DNA from: an uncultured Nitrospiraceae bacterium
Lineage (GTDB): Bacteria; Nitrospirota; Nitrospiria; Nitrospirales; Nitrospiraceae
NCBI GenBank assembly: GCA_963846575.1
Contig: CAWJWJ010000002.1
Location: forward strand, 1,088,001 to 1,152,000
Direction of reading: 5' to 3'
Length of the DNA: 64,000 nt
The notes under the pieces were generated by a model that was given only the letters and a program-made list of their open reading frames with translations, searched no databases and had not been told where the DNA came from. This document shows, in pieces, positions 30,410 to 39,573 of the stretch (positions within the stretch are counted from its first letter, which is position 1; each line of letters begins with the position of its first letter). The translations under genes were made by a program, and so were the position numbers.

Positions 30410-32346
30410 CTCAGCCTGGCAGCGAGCGATCCTATCGGCCGATCCGCGACTATGCACTGATCGGCGATTGTCATGGCGCCGCCCTGGTCGCAGGGGACGG
30501 CGGGATCGATTGGTGTTGTCTCGGCCGGTTCGACGCGGACCCGGCCTTGTGCCGCCTGCTGGATTCGAACGAGGGTGGCTTTCTCTCGACGGCCCCCGCA
30601 GACGAGCACAGGAGTACGCGGGCCTATCTGGACGGGACCAATATCCTCCGGACGACCTTCGCGACCGGCCGGGGCACCGTCGTGCTGACCGACTTCATGC
30701 CCGTGGGTCGAAGGCCCGGCAGTGGACCCCATAATTACGTCGACCTGGCGGCACCGAAATGTGTCGTGCGGATCGTGGAAGTCACGGAAGGGTCGGTCGA
30801 GGTCGAGATCCAGTACCGGCCGACTCTGGCCTTCGGACGGACGAAGGCCCGGTTGCAGGCTGAAGGGAGCCTGATTTCCGCCGAAGGCGGACCGGCCCTG
30901 TATCACGACGTCGCCGGATTTACGCTCGAAGGTGACAGGGCGGCGGCAACCATCCGTTTACGGCAGGGGGAACGGCGGGTCCTGATCCTTGCGGAGAAGC
31001 CCTGGACGAAGGTGAACCCGCTGGCGCTGGTGGACATGTACGCGTCGGTGACGACGGCCTTCTGGCGCGAATGGATCGCCTATTGTCGATACAGCGGGCC
31101 CTATGAACAGGCGGTCAAACGCAGCCTCCTCGCGATCAAACTTTTGATCTATGCCCCCTCCGGGGCCATCGTCGCGGCCCCGACGGCGTCCCTCCCCGAG
31201 GAACTCGGCGGCAGCCGCAACTGGGATTACCGTTTTTGCTGGCTTCGCGACAGCGCGTTCGCGCTCTATTCACTCGCGGTCACCGGGTACGGCGGCGAGG
31301 CCCGGCGGTTCAGCCAGTACCTTCCGCGCGTCTGTGCGGAAACCGCGCCCAAGGTGCAGATCATGTATGGCCTGGAAGGCGAAACCAAACTCGACGAGGA
31401 GGTCCTCGATCATCTAGACGGGTATGGCGGCAGCCGGCCGGTGCGGAAGGGCAACGAAGCCTACAGTCAACGACAAATCGACGTGTACGGAGAGATTCTC
31501 GACTGGGCGCTGTTGTTCCACAAGCTTGGCGGCACCTTCAATCAGGAGGTGCGGGCGTGGCTCGGCGGGTTGGCCGATTTTGTGGCGGATCACTGGCATG
31601 AGCCGGGCCAGGGGCTGTGGGAAATGCGGGGTCCGCCCTTGCAACACCTTCACGGCAAGGTGATGAGCTGGGTGGCGCTCGACCGGGCGATTCGCCTGCT
31701 CGGTCACAAGGCGCGCTGGGATGAGGAGCGTGAGAGGATCGTGGCCCAGGTCCATGCCCGCGGGTTGTCAGGCCCGGACGGCCACCTGGTTCAGGCCTAC
31801 GATCGCCCGGAGGTCGACGCCGCCTTGTTGCTGATTCCGCTCACAGCGTTTCCGGTGGATGACCACATCCTGACCAGGACGATCGAGGCGATCGAATGCG
31901 ATCTGCGGGCCGGCAACTTCCTGCATCGGTACAAGAAACAAGACGGGCTGGAAGGCAAAGAAGGCGCGTTCCTGATCTGCAGCTTCTGGCTGGTCGATGC
32001 GCTGCTCCACGTCGGCCGGTCAGAAGAAGCCGCCGGACTGCTCGGTCGTCTGGTGGCCTGCGCCAACGATGTCGGTCTGTACGCCGAGGAGATCGATACG
32101 GAGACCGGGGCCTTTCTGGGCAATTTTCCGCAGACCTACACGCAACTGGCGTTGATCGGCAGTGCGGTGCACCTCGCCCTGTGCCAAAAGGGGGGCACGG
32201 AGGCGCTCAAGGCCACCCATGCCGAACGCGCCCATCGCATCGTCTCGGCCACACTCGGCTGGCGCGCGATCGTGGCCGCGTTCACGACGACCTGGCGCGT
32301 CGGCCGTGTGTTCTCGTCAAAACGCTCGCTACTGAGACTGGAGTAA
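30406..32346 (+). CDS. Glycoside hydrolase family 15 (glucoamylase/trehalase-like)
   Basis: [60 protein letters not shown]; overlaps the zwf stop. Confidence 0.93.
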   Translation: MTQPGSERSYRPIRDYALIGDCHGAALVAGDGGIDWCCLGRFDADPALCRLLDSNEGGFLSTAPADEHRSTRAYLDGTNILRTTFATGRGTVVLTDFMPVGRRPGSGPHNYVDLAAPKCVVRIVEVTEGSVEVEIQYRPTLAFGRTKARLQAEGSLISAEGGPALYHDVAGFTLEGDRAAATIRLRQGERRVLILAEKPWTKVNPLALVDMYASVTTAFWREWIAYCRYSGPYEQAVKRSLLAIKLLIYAPSGAIVAAPTASLPEELGGSRNWDYRFCWLRDSAFALYSLAVTGYGGEARRFSQYLPRVCAETAPKVQIMYGLEGETKLDEEVLDHLDGYGGSRPVRKGNEAYSQRQIDVYGEILDWALLFHKLGGTFNQEVRAWLGGLADFVADHWHEPGQGLWEMRGPPLQHLHGKVMSWVALDRAIRLLGHKARWDEERERIVAQVHARGLSGPDGHLVQAYDRPEVDAALLLIPLTAFPVDDHILTRTIEAIECDLRAGNFLHRYKKQDGLEGKEGAFLICSFWLVDALLHVGRSEEAAGLLGRLVACANDVGLYAEEIDTETGAFLGNFPQTYTQLALIGSAVHLALCQKGGTEALKATHAERAHRIVSATLGWRAIVAAFTTTWRVGRVFSSKRSLLRLE

Positions 32347-32405
32347 AGGGAAACTTACTTCCCAGCGCATGTGCACCAGTCACCTGCCGCCATGTCTTGG
32401 GCGGC

Positions 32406-32467
32406 ATGTTCGATTGCAAGTCCTGACCCCATTCTGAGTGCGCAAGTCCTGACCCCATTCTGAGTGC
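32406..32467 (+). repeat. TGCAAGTCCTGACCCC motif copy 3, with 26-bp tandem duplication
   Basis: ATGTTCGATTGCAAGTCCTGACCCC; GCAAGTCCTGACCCCATTCTGAGTGC at 32416-32441 and 32442-32467. Confidence 0.92.
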
Positions 32468-32689
32468 GAGTGGGTTCGTCTTGAAACGGCTGACGATCCG
32501 TTCCTCAAGGAATAGTGAACCAAAGACCGCATCGATCAGGTTTTGAAAGATCGAAGGATCTGGGGCTGTATCAGCGCGTCGCAATCGGGCATAATGAAAG
32601 TCAGTTTTTTTGCCCGCAACTTCGCAGGATGCTGTCGATGGTTGAGGTAAGCGGCACGTGGAATCACTTGACGTTAAATTCGAGGAATC

Positions 32690-33289
32690 ATGAGATTACA
32701 CGCATCACGTTATGGATGGAGCGATGCATTGGCTTGTGGCCTGGTCCTCTGGCTGGTCACAGGCTGCGGGCCCTACATCCGCGCGGAAGGGACGCATCAG
32801 CGCATTCCCCCGCCCGACACGCTTGTGGCGGTCTGGGGCGACAATCCGACCGTAGTGAAGACCGCGTCCATGTGGCTCAAAATGCGGGGATTGGCCGTGG
32901 TCGACCCGGCGCAGGTACAGGCCGAGGTGCAGGATGTCAGCAAGGCGGCCGTGCACCTGCCGAGCGAGACAGACCTGCTGGGCATCGCCGACCGTCTCGG
33001 CATCGAACAACTCATCCTGGTAGGCATGGCCGGAGACCTGAGGGCGCCCTCGATTTTTGTCCGGGGGCTGGAGGTCAAATCTAGGCGTATCCAATGGATC
33101 GGGAGCGCCCGGTATGAGGACTACGTCTCCACGCCCGTCTCGAATCACGTGATCATCGCAACCTGTCGGGCGCTTTCCGCCGCCTGGGGCAACCCGGACC
33201 CGGGCAAGGAAACCTATTGTGCTCCGGCGGATGACGTGGCACGGCAGAAGAATCCGCCTGAGCCCGCGGGCAGAAGGACGCTCCCATGA
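32690..33289 (+). CDS. Putative lipoprotein
   Basis: GAGG SD, lipobox LVTGC; alpha/beta body. Confidence 0.7.
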   Translation: MRLHASRYGWSDALACGLVLWLVTGCGPYIRAEGTHQRIPPPDTLVAVWGDNPTVVKTASMWLKMRGLAVVDPAQVQAEVQDVSKAAVHLPSETDLLGIADRLGIEQLILVGMAGDLRAPSIFVRGLEVKSRRIQWIGSARYEDYVSTPVSNHVIIATCRALSAAWGNPDPGKETYCAPADDVARQKNPPEPAGRRTLP

Positions 33290-33891
33290 GGCAGGGGCTA
33301 TGGCAACCTCCAGGGTGGACGCTCACCGGAATCCTGCTGGCGACAGGGCTGCTGGCCGCAGGCTGCAGCACGATGCAGGATCGCACCAATACTCCCCGGA
33401 CGTCGGGCGAACAATTGCTCCTGGCGCAAGCCATTGAACGGGGCCTGTCTGACCTGAGTCTGCCCCTCTCCACCAATACAGCCGTGGCGGTCAAGTCGTT
33501 CGGATTTACCGACGATAAGGAAGTCGCACACCGGCAGATCGAGAGCTGGTTCCTCGCTCAAGGCTATCCTGTCGTCGAAGACGATAAGGCCGCCATTAAC
33601 GTCCGGGTCCTGATCCAGGCTCTGGGGACCGAACGCAGCGAGACGTTTTTCGGGGTGCCGGCCATCTCCAGTCTCTTGATCCCGCTTGCCTTGCCCGAAC
33701 TGGTCGTGTACCGGGCCGCCAGGCAACAGGGAGTGGCACGGTACCAACTGGAGCTGACGGACGCGAAGACGGGCGCGCTTCTCCATCGCTCGCGTCTCTG
33801 TGAAGGCACGGCCTTCCTGAATCAATTCACCGTCTTGTTCTTGTTTACCTTCCAGCGGACCGACCTCCTCCCCCCGCCTCCGTTTTCATAA
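33286..33891 (+). CDS. Putative lipoprotein
   Basis: Lipobox LAAGC, PRTSGEQLLLAQAIER motif; ATGA overlap with the previous gene. Confidence 0.75.
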   Translation: MRQGLWQPPGWTLTGILLATGLLAAGCSTMQDRTNTPRTSGEQLLLAQAIERGLSDLSLPLSTNTAVAVKSFGFTDDKEVAHRQIESWFLAQGYPVVEDDKAAINVRVLIQALGTERSETFFGVPAISSLLIPLALPELVVYRAARQQGVARYQLELTDAKTGALLHRSRLCEGTAFLNQFTVLFLFTFQRTDLLPPPPFS

Positions 33892-34015
33892 TGAGGGGGT
33901 TGTCACTGGCCCGCCTTCTCTCTCACTACTTTCGAATCGGCCGTCCGGGCTGCCTTGTGGAGGGTCCTCGCCCGGGAGGAGATGCGTCCCCCTTGTCTAT
34001 CGACACCTGAGGACC

Positions 34016-34057
34016 ATCATCTTGCGAGTGGGAGGCGATCCCTCTCGCGCAGGTGAT
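34016..34057. terminator. Hairpin between convergent genes
   Basis: ATCATCTTGCGAGTGGGA-GGCGA-TCCCTCTCGCGCAGGTGAT, an imperfect stem. Confidence 0.4.
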
Positions 34058-34102
34058 CTTCTTCGCGGCAAAGGATCTTTGATGTGTTGTACCGTTCACA
34101 TT

Positions 34103-35503
34103 TCACGCCGCCGCTTTCTTCAGATCCTCGACCAGCAGGTCGAACAACCGGGCCTGCGACGAGGGATCCCGTGCGCGGAGAATGCTGGACGGGTGGTAGG
34201 TTAGCAAAATGCGTGACGAAAACGGGCTGCTGAAAAACCGCCCGTGCTGCCGCTCGATCGAAACCTGCCCGCCGATCAGCGATTGCGCGGCGGTGCGGCC
34301 CAGACAGACGACGATTTCCGGCCGTACCGCCTTCAACTCCGCTTCGAGCCAGGGCCGGCAGGCGATGACGTTCGATGGGCGCGGAGCTTGATGCCGCCGC
34401 AGGCGGCCATCCAGCACGAACCGGAAGTGTTTGACGGCATTCGTCACGTAGAGCTGCGAACGGTCGAGAGCCGCCCTGTCCAACGCCTGGTCCAAGACCT
34501 CACCCGCCGGGCCGACGAATGGCGCACCGGCCAGATCCTCCTGATCTCCCGGCTGTTCCCCGACGAGCATGACGCGCGCGGTGGTCGGGCCGCGCCCGAA
34601 GACTGTCTGGGTGGCGGCAAGGTGCAGCTCGCAGCCCGTGCAGGTGGCCGCGGCCTGGGCCAGATCCGGCAGCGAGGTCGCCATCGGCAGGGCGGCCATA
34701 CGCTGACGGCTGTCCATGACCTGTCCCACGCTGGCCCGCACCCCCTGGGTCAAGGGTGTGATCAGACGAGATTCCGGCAGCCCCTTCCAGAACCGTCCTG
34801 GGAGCTGCGCCTGCATCGCCGTTGGATTGATGCGAGCGGGATTGAACGTCGCCGCGTAATAGGCGCGCCAGACCAATTCCAGCGTATCGTCCGTCGGGGC
34901 CTCCCTCTGCATGACCCCGGGGCCGAACCGCAAGGTCTCACCGTCCCAATGGCTCGAGGCGTCCGGAGTCAGGATGGACCAGCGCAGGGCGGCAAACCGC
35001 TCCACAAAAAACGGCGCGGCGAGTGGCAGGACGGGATGATCCGGCTGGTGCCAGGCGACGTACTGTGCCCCCGCCCCATCGGTGATCTGTCGAAAACGCA
35101 CGAAGGCCTTCATGTGATAGACATCCCGCTGAACCTGCCGTTGCATCTTCAGCAGACGGGAGACCTCCCGGTCCACTTCGACGGCCAGCAAGCGGGGTTC
35201 GGTCGAAGTGAGCCGCCACAGGACCGAATAGAGCAGAGGCCACTTCGAGGCATCGCGATGGTACGCGACGATCTTCAGCATGCTGCGGAAATCTTTGGGA
35301 ATGCGGGGGGCAGGGATCGAACGGCCCGCCGGGAGTTCCCTCGGGGCGCTGCTCTGGAAGTCGGCGAAGAGGCCGGGCAAGGTTGGTTGTGCCGCGGTGG
35401 TCTCCGTCCAGAGCATCTCGGATGGGGGACGCCGCTGGGCCAACTGTTCGAGCGCCGCCGTCAGCCACCCGTCGGGCGTGGGAGTGAAGCAGACGTCACG
35501 CAA
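34103..35503 (-). CDS. DUF4130 - UdgX-type uracil-DNA glycosylase fusion
   Basis: N-terminal HMKAFVRF, RWSILTP, WRAYYAATFNPAR, FWKGLPE; C-terminal CTGCEL, VGEQPGDQED, TNAVKHF, ACRPWL, TYHPSS. Confidence 0.92.
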   Translation of the reverse strand: MRDVCFTPTPDGWLTAALEQLAQRRPPSEMLWTETTAAQPTLPGLFADFQSSAPRELPAGRSIPAPRIPKDFRSMLKIVAYHRDASKWPLLYSVLWRLTSTEPRLLAVEVDREVSRLLKMQRQVQRDVYHMKAFVRFRQITDGAGAQYVAWHQPDHPVLPLAAPFFVERFAALRWSILTPDASSHWDGETLRFGPGVMQREAPTDDTLELVWRAYYAATFNPARINPTAMQAQLPGRFWKGLPESRLITPLTQGVRASVGQVMDSRQRMAALPMATSLPDLAQAAATCTGCELHLAATQTVFGRGPTTARVMLVGEQPGDQEDLAGAPFVGPAGEVLDQALDRAALDRSQLYVTNAVKHFRFVLDGRLRRHQAPRPSNVIACRPWLEAELKAVRPEIVVCLGRTAAQSLIGGQVSIERQHGRFFSSPFSSRILLTYHPSSILRARDPSSQARLFDLLVEDLKKAAA

Positions 35504-35505
35504 GG

Positions 35506-36756
35506 TCAGAGTTGCCCAAAGGTCGCCTCGAGCGAGGCGGAGAACAATTCCAACTGCGCCGGTTTGCTGAGCAGCTCCGGTAGATCGTCCCGGTCTAACC
35601 GCAACAGACGCTCCGAATAGGCCGGCGTGACGATGAACGGCCGTACCCGTCGGAGGGGCACGTGCAGGGTGCGCAGATCATCCAGCGTCACCCGGTGATA
35701 CCGCCGGATGGAAAGGATTCTGGCGACGTTCTTGTATCCCAGTCCCGGTACCCGCAGGAGCTCTTCGCGCGGCGCGCGGTTCACATCCACGGGGAAACGC
35801 TCTCGATGGCGCAGGGCCCAGGCGAGTTTCGGGTCGAGATCGAGCGACAGGTTGGGATCGTCGGCAGTGGTGAGTTCCTCCATGGAGAAACCATAAAAAC
35901 GGGTCAGCCAGTCGGCCTGGTAGAGGCGATGCTCCCGCACCAGTGGCGGCGCCTGCAGCGGCAGGCGGGGATCGGCGTTGGGGTAGGGGCTGAAGGCCGA
36001 GTAGTAGACGCGCTTGAGTCCGTAACGCTGATACAGGTGCGCCGCCGAAGCAAGAATCACCGCATCCGTGCTGGGCGTGGCCCCGATCACCATCTGGGTC
36101 GATTGACCGGCGGGCGCGAAGGAAGGCGCGGAACGCCGATGCGATCGCTCCGTGCGTGCCGCCTGCACCCCTTGCTGAATCTGCCCCATCGTGCCTTCGA
36201 TCACCATCATGTGCTTATCGGGTGCGAGGTGCACCAGATCGGCCTGCGTCGGCAGTTCGATGTTGGCGCTCAGGCGATCCACCCAGCGCCCGGCGTCTAC
36301 GATCAACCGCTGGGACGCGCCCGGTATGGCTTTGAGATGAATGTACCCGCCGAACCGATGGGTCTGCCGCAACGTCCGCACCACGGCTACGAGCTGCTCC
36401 ATGGTGTCGTCCGGCGAGCGAAAGATGCCGGAGCTCAAGAACAGCCCTTCGATGTAATTCCGTCGGTAGAAATCGAGCGTGAGGTCCACCACCTCCTGCG
36501 GGGTAAACGCTGCCCGCGGAATGTCGCTTGAGACCCGGTTGACGCAGAACACACAATCGTAGACGCAATGGTTCGTGAGCAGGATTTTCAGGAGCGAGAC
36601 GCAACGGCCGTCGGGCGTGAAACTATGGCAGATGCTATGGCCATCGGTATGGCCCAGACCGTCCTTGGAGCCGGCCCGGCGGGAGCCGCCGCTGGCGCAA
36701 GACACATCATATTTGGCGGCCTCGGCGAGGATCTTCAGCTTTGTGGTGAGCGACAT
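35506..36756 (-). CDS. Putative DNA modification/repair radical SAM protein (TIGR03916 type)
   Basis: AAKYDVSCAS, CHSFTPDGRCVSLLKIL, CVYDCVFC, YIHLK, REHRLYQADWL.RFYGF, HhH LLRVPGLG. Confidence 0.95.
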   Translation of the reverse strand: MSLTTKLKILAEAAKYDVSCASGGSRRAGSKDGLGHTDGHSICHSFTPDGRCVSLLKILLTNHCVYDCVFCVNRVSSDIPRAAFTPQEVVDLTLDFYRRNYIEGLFLSSGIFRSPDDTMEQLVAVVRTLRQTHRFGGYIHLKAIPGASQRLIVDAGRWVDRLSANIELPTQADLVHLAPDKHMMVIEGTMGQIQQGVQAARTERSHRRSAPSFAPAGQSTQMVIGATPSTDAVILASAAHLYQRYGLKRVYYSAFSPYPNADPRLPLQAPPLVREHRLYQADWLTRFYGFSMEELTTADDPNLSLDLDPKLAWALRHRERFPVDVNRAPREELLRVPGLGYKNVARILSIRRYHRVTLDDLRTLHVPLRRVRPFIVTPAYSERLLRLDRDDLPELLSKPAQLELFSASLEATFGQL

Positions 36757-36941
36757 CGGTCATTATACCCGATGGGCTGGAGTCCAGGGGAGTCCTGGAG
36801 CCTCGCCGCCTGTGGGGTCAGCTTTTTCCGTCGTCACCTTTTATTGTGTTAGCCTGTGGGACGAGGGAGCGATTCTACTAGAGGCTCGCCACCCGGCCCG
36901 GGCCGGTGTCCTGCCGACGAGAGGGAGGGAAATCAGGAAAC

Positions 36942-37628
36942 ATGCTGCGTGTCGTTCTGATCGTGATCATTGTCGGTCTGGTCGTGTTCGGTCCGCAACT
37001 CTGGACCAGGCGGGTCTTTGCCAGGCATAGTGCGCCCCGTCCCGACTACCCGGGCACCGGAGGGGAACTGGCCCGGCACCTGCTGAATCGGCTCAACATG
37101 TCACACATCAAGGTCGAACCGACCGAGAAGGGAGACCACTACGATCCCGTCACCAAAGCGGTCCGCCTGACGCCGGACATCTTCGATGGAAAGTCCCTGA
37201 CGGCCATCACGGTGGCCGCCCACGAAGTCGGGCATGCCATCCAAGATCACGAAGGCTACCAGCCGCTCGCAGAACGGACGAAGCTCGTGAAGGTCGCGCA
37301 GGGAGCGGAGAAGGTGGGGGTGTTTTTGATGATGGGGATTCCGATCGCCGCGTCTCTGGCCAGGACCCCTGCGGCGGGCCTCCTGGTCATGGTGGCCGGG
37401 ATGGCGACGATGGGGATCGCGACGCTGGTCCACCTCTTCACGCTGCCGGTCGAGTGGGACGCCAGCTTCAGGCGCGCCCTTCCAGTCCTCCGGCACGGCA
37501 ACTATCTGTCTCCTGAAGACGAGCAGGGGGCCCGCAGTATCCTCACCGCAGCCGCGCTGACCTACGTGGCCGCCTCCCTCGCGAGCCTGCTCAACCTGTG
37601 GCGCTGGCTTGCCCTGCTACGGCGCTAG
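36942..37628 (+). CDS. Neutral zinc metallopeptidase (YugP-like)
   Basis: DHYDP, AAHEVGHAIQ, TLPVEWDAS.RA, AAALTYVAA. Confidence 0.92.
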   Translation: MLRVVLIVIIVGLVVFGPQLWTRRVFARHSAPRPDYPGTGGELARHLLNRLNMSHIKVEPTEKGDHYDPVTKAVRLTPDIFDGKSLTAITVAAHEVGHAIQDHEGYQPLAERTKLVKVAQGAEKVGVFLMMGIPIAASLARTPAAGLLVMVAGMATMGIATLVHLFTLPVEWDASFRRALPVLRHGNYLSPEDEQGARSILTAAALTYVAASLASLLNLWRWLALLRR

Positions 37629-37808
37629 GCCCTTCACTCACTTTTGCACATGATCGCGCCTGGTGATACTGCGAGCCTGCGGATGGCTTCACAGCGCGTG
37701 TCTAGCGTGCGAGGATCGCCGTATTTGGGACGACAGGTGTCGGCTGCAACATCCAGGGTGATGGTGGCAGCATCAGTGCTCAGAGGCCAATGGGCAAGAG
37801 GAGGACGC

Positions 37809-38156
37809 ATGGAGATGGTTGGAATCTTCGCTGTGGCCTGCGTGACCGACATGGAACGCAGCGTCGCATGGTATGCGCGGTTGATGGGGCCGGCCCCGGA
37901 CGACCGTCCCATGGAGGGGCTTGTCCAGTGGCGGAGCGCCAGCGGCGCAGGACTGCAACTGGTGCTGGAGGTCGAGAAGTCGGGCAGCAGTCTGATCACG
38001 ATCGTGACACGGGAGATGGATCTCGTTCGAGCCCAACTTGCCGCCGCAACACTCCAGCTGGAGCCCAATATTCAGGGCGATTTCGGGATTATTGCCCAGA
38101 TCAGCGATCCCGATGGCAACCGCGTAACTCTCGCTGAGCCGCCACAGGGCATGTAA
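37809..38156 (+). CDS. VOC/glyoxalase family protein
   Basis: VTDMERSVAWY.RL.G and DPDGN motifs; GAGGA SD. Confidence 0.85.
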   Translation: MEMVGIFAVACVTDMERSVAWYARLMGPAPDDRPMEGLVQWRSASGAGLQLVLEVEKSGSSLITIVTREMDLVRAQLAAATLQLEPNIQGDFGIIAQISDPDGNRVTLAEPPQGM

Positions 38157-38311
38157 TCCGACGCGGTGGAGACCTCACGACGGCAACTCCCTCAGGCGGC
38201 GCCGTGAAGGTAGCTTGCCACGATCGGCGGCTGATTAGGAGTCTTAGGCCATGTTGAGGGGGAGAAGGCCCGATCATGGTAGTGACGGGGCTTCATCACG
38301 GCCGATAAAAC

Positions 38312-38349
38312 ATGTTGGATTGCAAGACCTGACCCCATCTTGCATCTTG
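38312..38349 (+). repeat. TGCAAGACCTGACCCC motif copy 4, with 7-bp tandem duplication
   Basis: ATGTTGGATTGCAAGACCTGACCCC; CATCTTG at 38336-38342 and 38343-38349. Confidence 0.9.
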
Positions 38350-38425
38350 GGACAGCTAAATCGGGATCCGCGAAGCCCCGGCACGGCTACGACGCCGTGA
38401 CGGAGCCTCAGCAATTCGAAGACGC

Positions 38426-38944
38426 TCAGTGGCTTTCCTTGTGTTTGCCTTCATGCAAATCGATGACGGTCCCCGCCTCGTTCAGTTCCACCGTCACTTC
38501 CGCACCCTCAGCCAAACCCTTGGTTTTGGTCTCTTGCAGCAAAAGCGGAAACGTTTGCTCCCCTTCCGCCGTCTGTAGCTTGATCTCCTTCTTCATCAAT
38601 CCAACATGCACGAGCTTTCCTGTGACATGCTTGTGCTTCCCCTTTTCCCCCGCATGATGGACGTCAATCAATGTGTTGTTCTCATTGACGGTGAAATCCA
38701 CCTTGTCACCGATCTTGAACTCACGCCCTTGCCGATGCGCCTCTTTTTCGCTTAAAGAATAGGTAGACCCGGTTTCATCCTTAATGGCCAGACTGCCCGC
38801 CTTCTCGACCACTTCCCCCTTGTAATGTCGATGCGTTCCCTTACCCTTATCGTCCGCAACGGCCAATCCCGCCGTACCCAAGGCCACCGCACTGCAGATG
38901 ACCGCCGCAATCACGACTCCTGAAATCCCCTTGGTACTTGTCAT
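38426..38944 (-). CDS. Secreted His-rich protein with two tandem OB-fold-like repeats
   Basis: AGGAGG SD, signal peptide, repeats ending GDKVDFTVNENNTLIDVH and GAEVTVELNEAGTVIDLH. Confidence 0.8.
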   Translation of the reverse strand: MTSTKGISGVVIAAVICSAVALGTAGLAVADDKGKGTHRHYKGEVVEKAGSLAIKDETGSTYSLSEKEAHRQGREFKIGDKVDFTVNENNTLIDVHHAGEKGKHKHVTGKLVHVGLMKKEIKLQTAEGEQTFPLLLQETKTKGLAEGAEVTVELNEAGTVIDLHEGKHKESH

Positions 38945-39373
38945 TTGATCCCTCCTGAATTGAATGAATGAAACCCATCTTCGCCATGGTAATGATCTTG
39001 CCGAAGAGAATCACCCTTTTTCTCTCGGGCCATATGCTATGAGCCGGGACAGCCGGCGGAGGCACACATGCGAGGCAGATGGGGGAAAGGTCTTAACTTG
39101 AATGGTCTCTGGAACGAGTAGGATCCTTACCTTGCATTTAAGGCGCAAACTACAGAGTTCGACCTGCCCCCGAGTCTGCAGGCTGCCTCATGGGGTCTGT
39201 CTGGTGGACGAGGGAGCGATACGTGTGGGATGCCACATCGAACGTGATGGTGCAAGCATCAGCCGACCTGGCCAGCCGGTCACGCATCCCGCTACGCCCG
39301 CTGCTGAGAATGGCGTAAAGAGCGGCCCTGGCATGCGCATCCTGGTCGGGTGTCTGCCGTCCTGATTCAGTCG

Positions 39374-39408
39374 GTGCTAGATTGCAAGACCTGACCCCAT
39401 CCTTGACC
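39374..39408 (+). repeat. TGCAAGACCTGACCCC motif copy 5
   Basis: GTGCTAGATTGCAAGACCTGACCCCAT, followed by CCTTGACC. Confidence 0.88.
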
Positions 39409-39573
39409 TGCAGTATCAAGTTGTATACCGGCGGCGCGGCTGGTGGCACACCGCCTGGCCCTAGGCAATATCCTGGAAAAAAATTGGCAGCCCCGGCCTG
39501 CTCGTCGCCATTGCCGCACCCTGAGTAGTACACTCCTCTCTGTAACCGTCCCCCAACCTGTGAGACCCACTCG

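Noticed and set aside
34244..35620. Long antisense ORFs (also 51180-52571, 20815-21915, 59887-60966)
   Set aside because: Shadow frames of well-supported genes in GC-rich DNA.
39102..39365. ORF containing HGVCL...VGCH...ASISR as a decayed transposase C-terminal HTH before motif copy 5
   Set aside because: Similarity is only impressionistic and the ORF stops before the CKT* codons; it needs an HMM search.
27078..39408. TGACCCC repeats as a CRISPR array or integron attC sites
   Set aside because: Spacing is 1-6 kb and irregular, there are no cas or intI genes, and no RYYYAAC...GTTRRRY palindromic structure.
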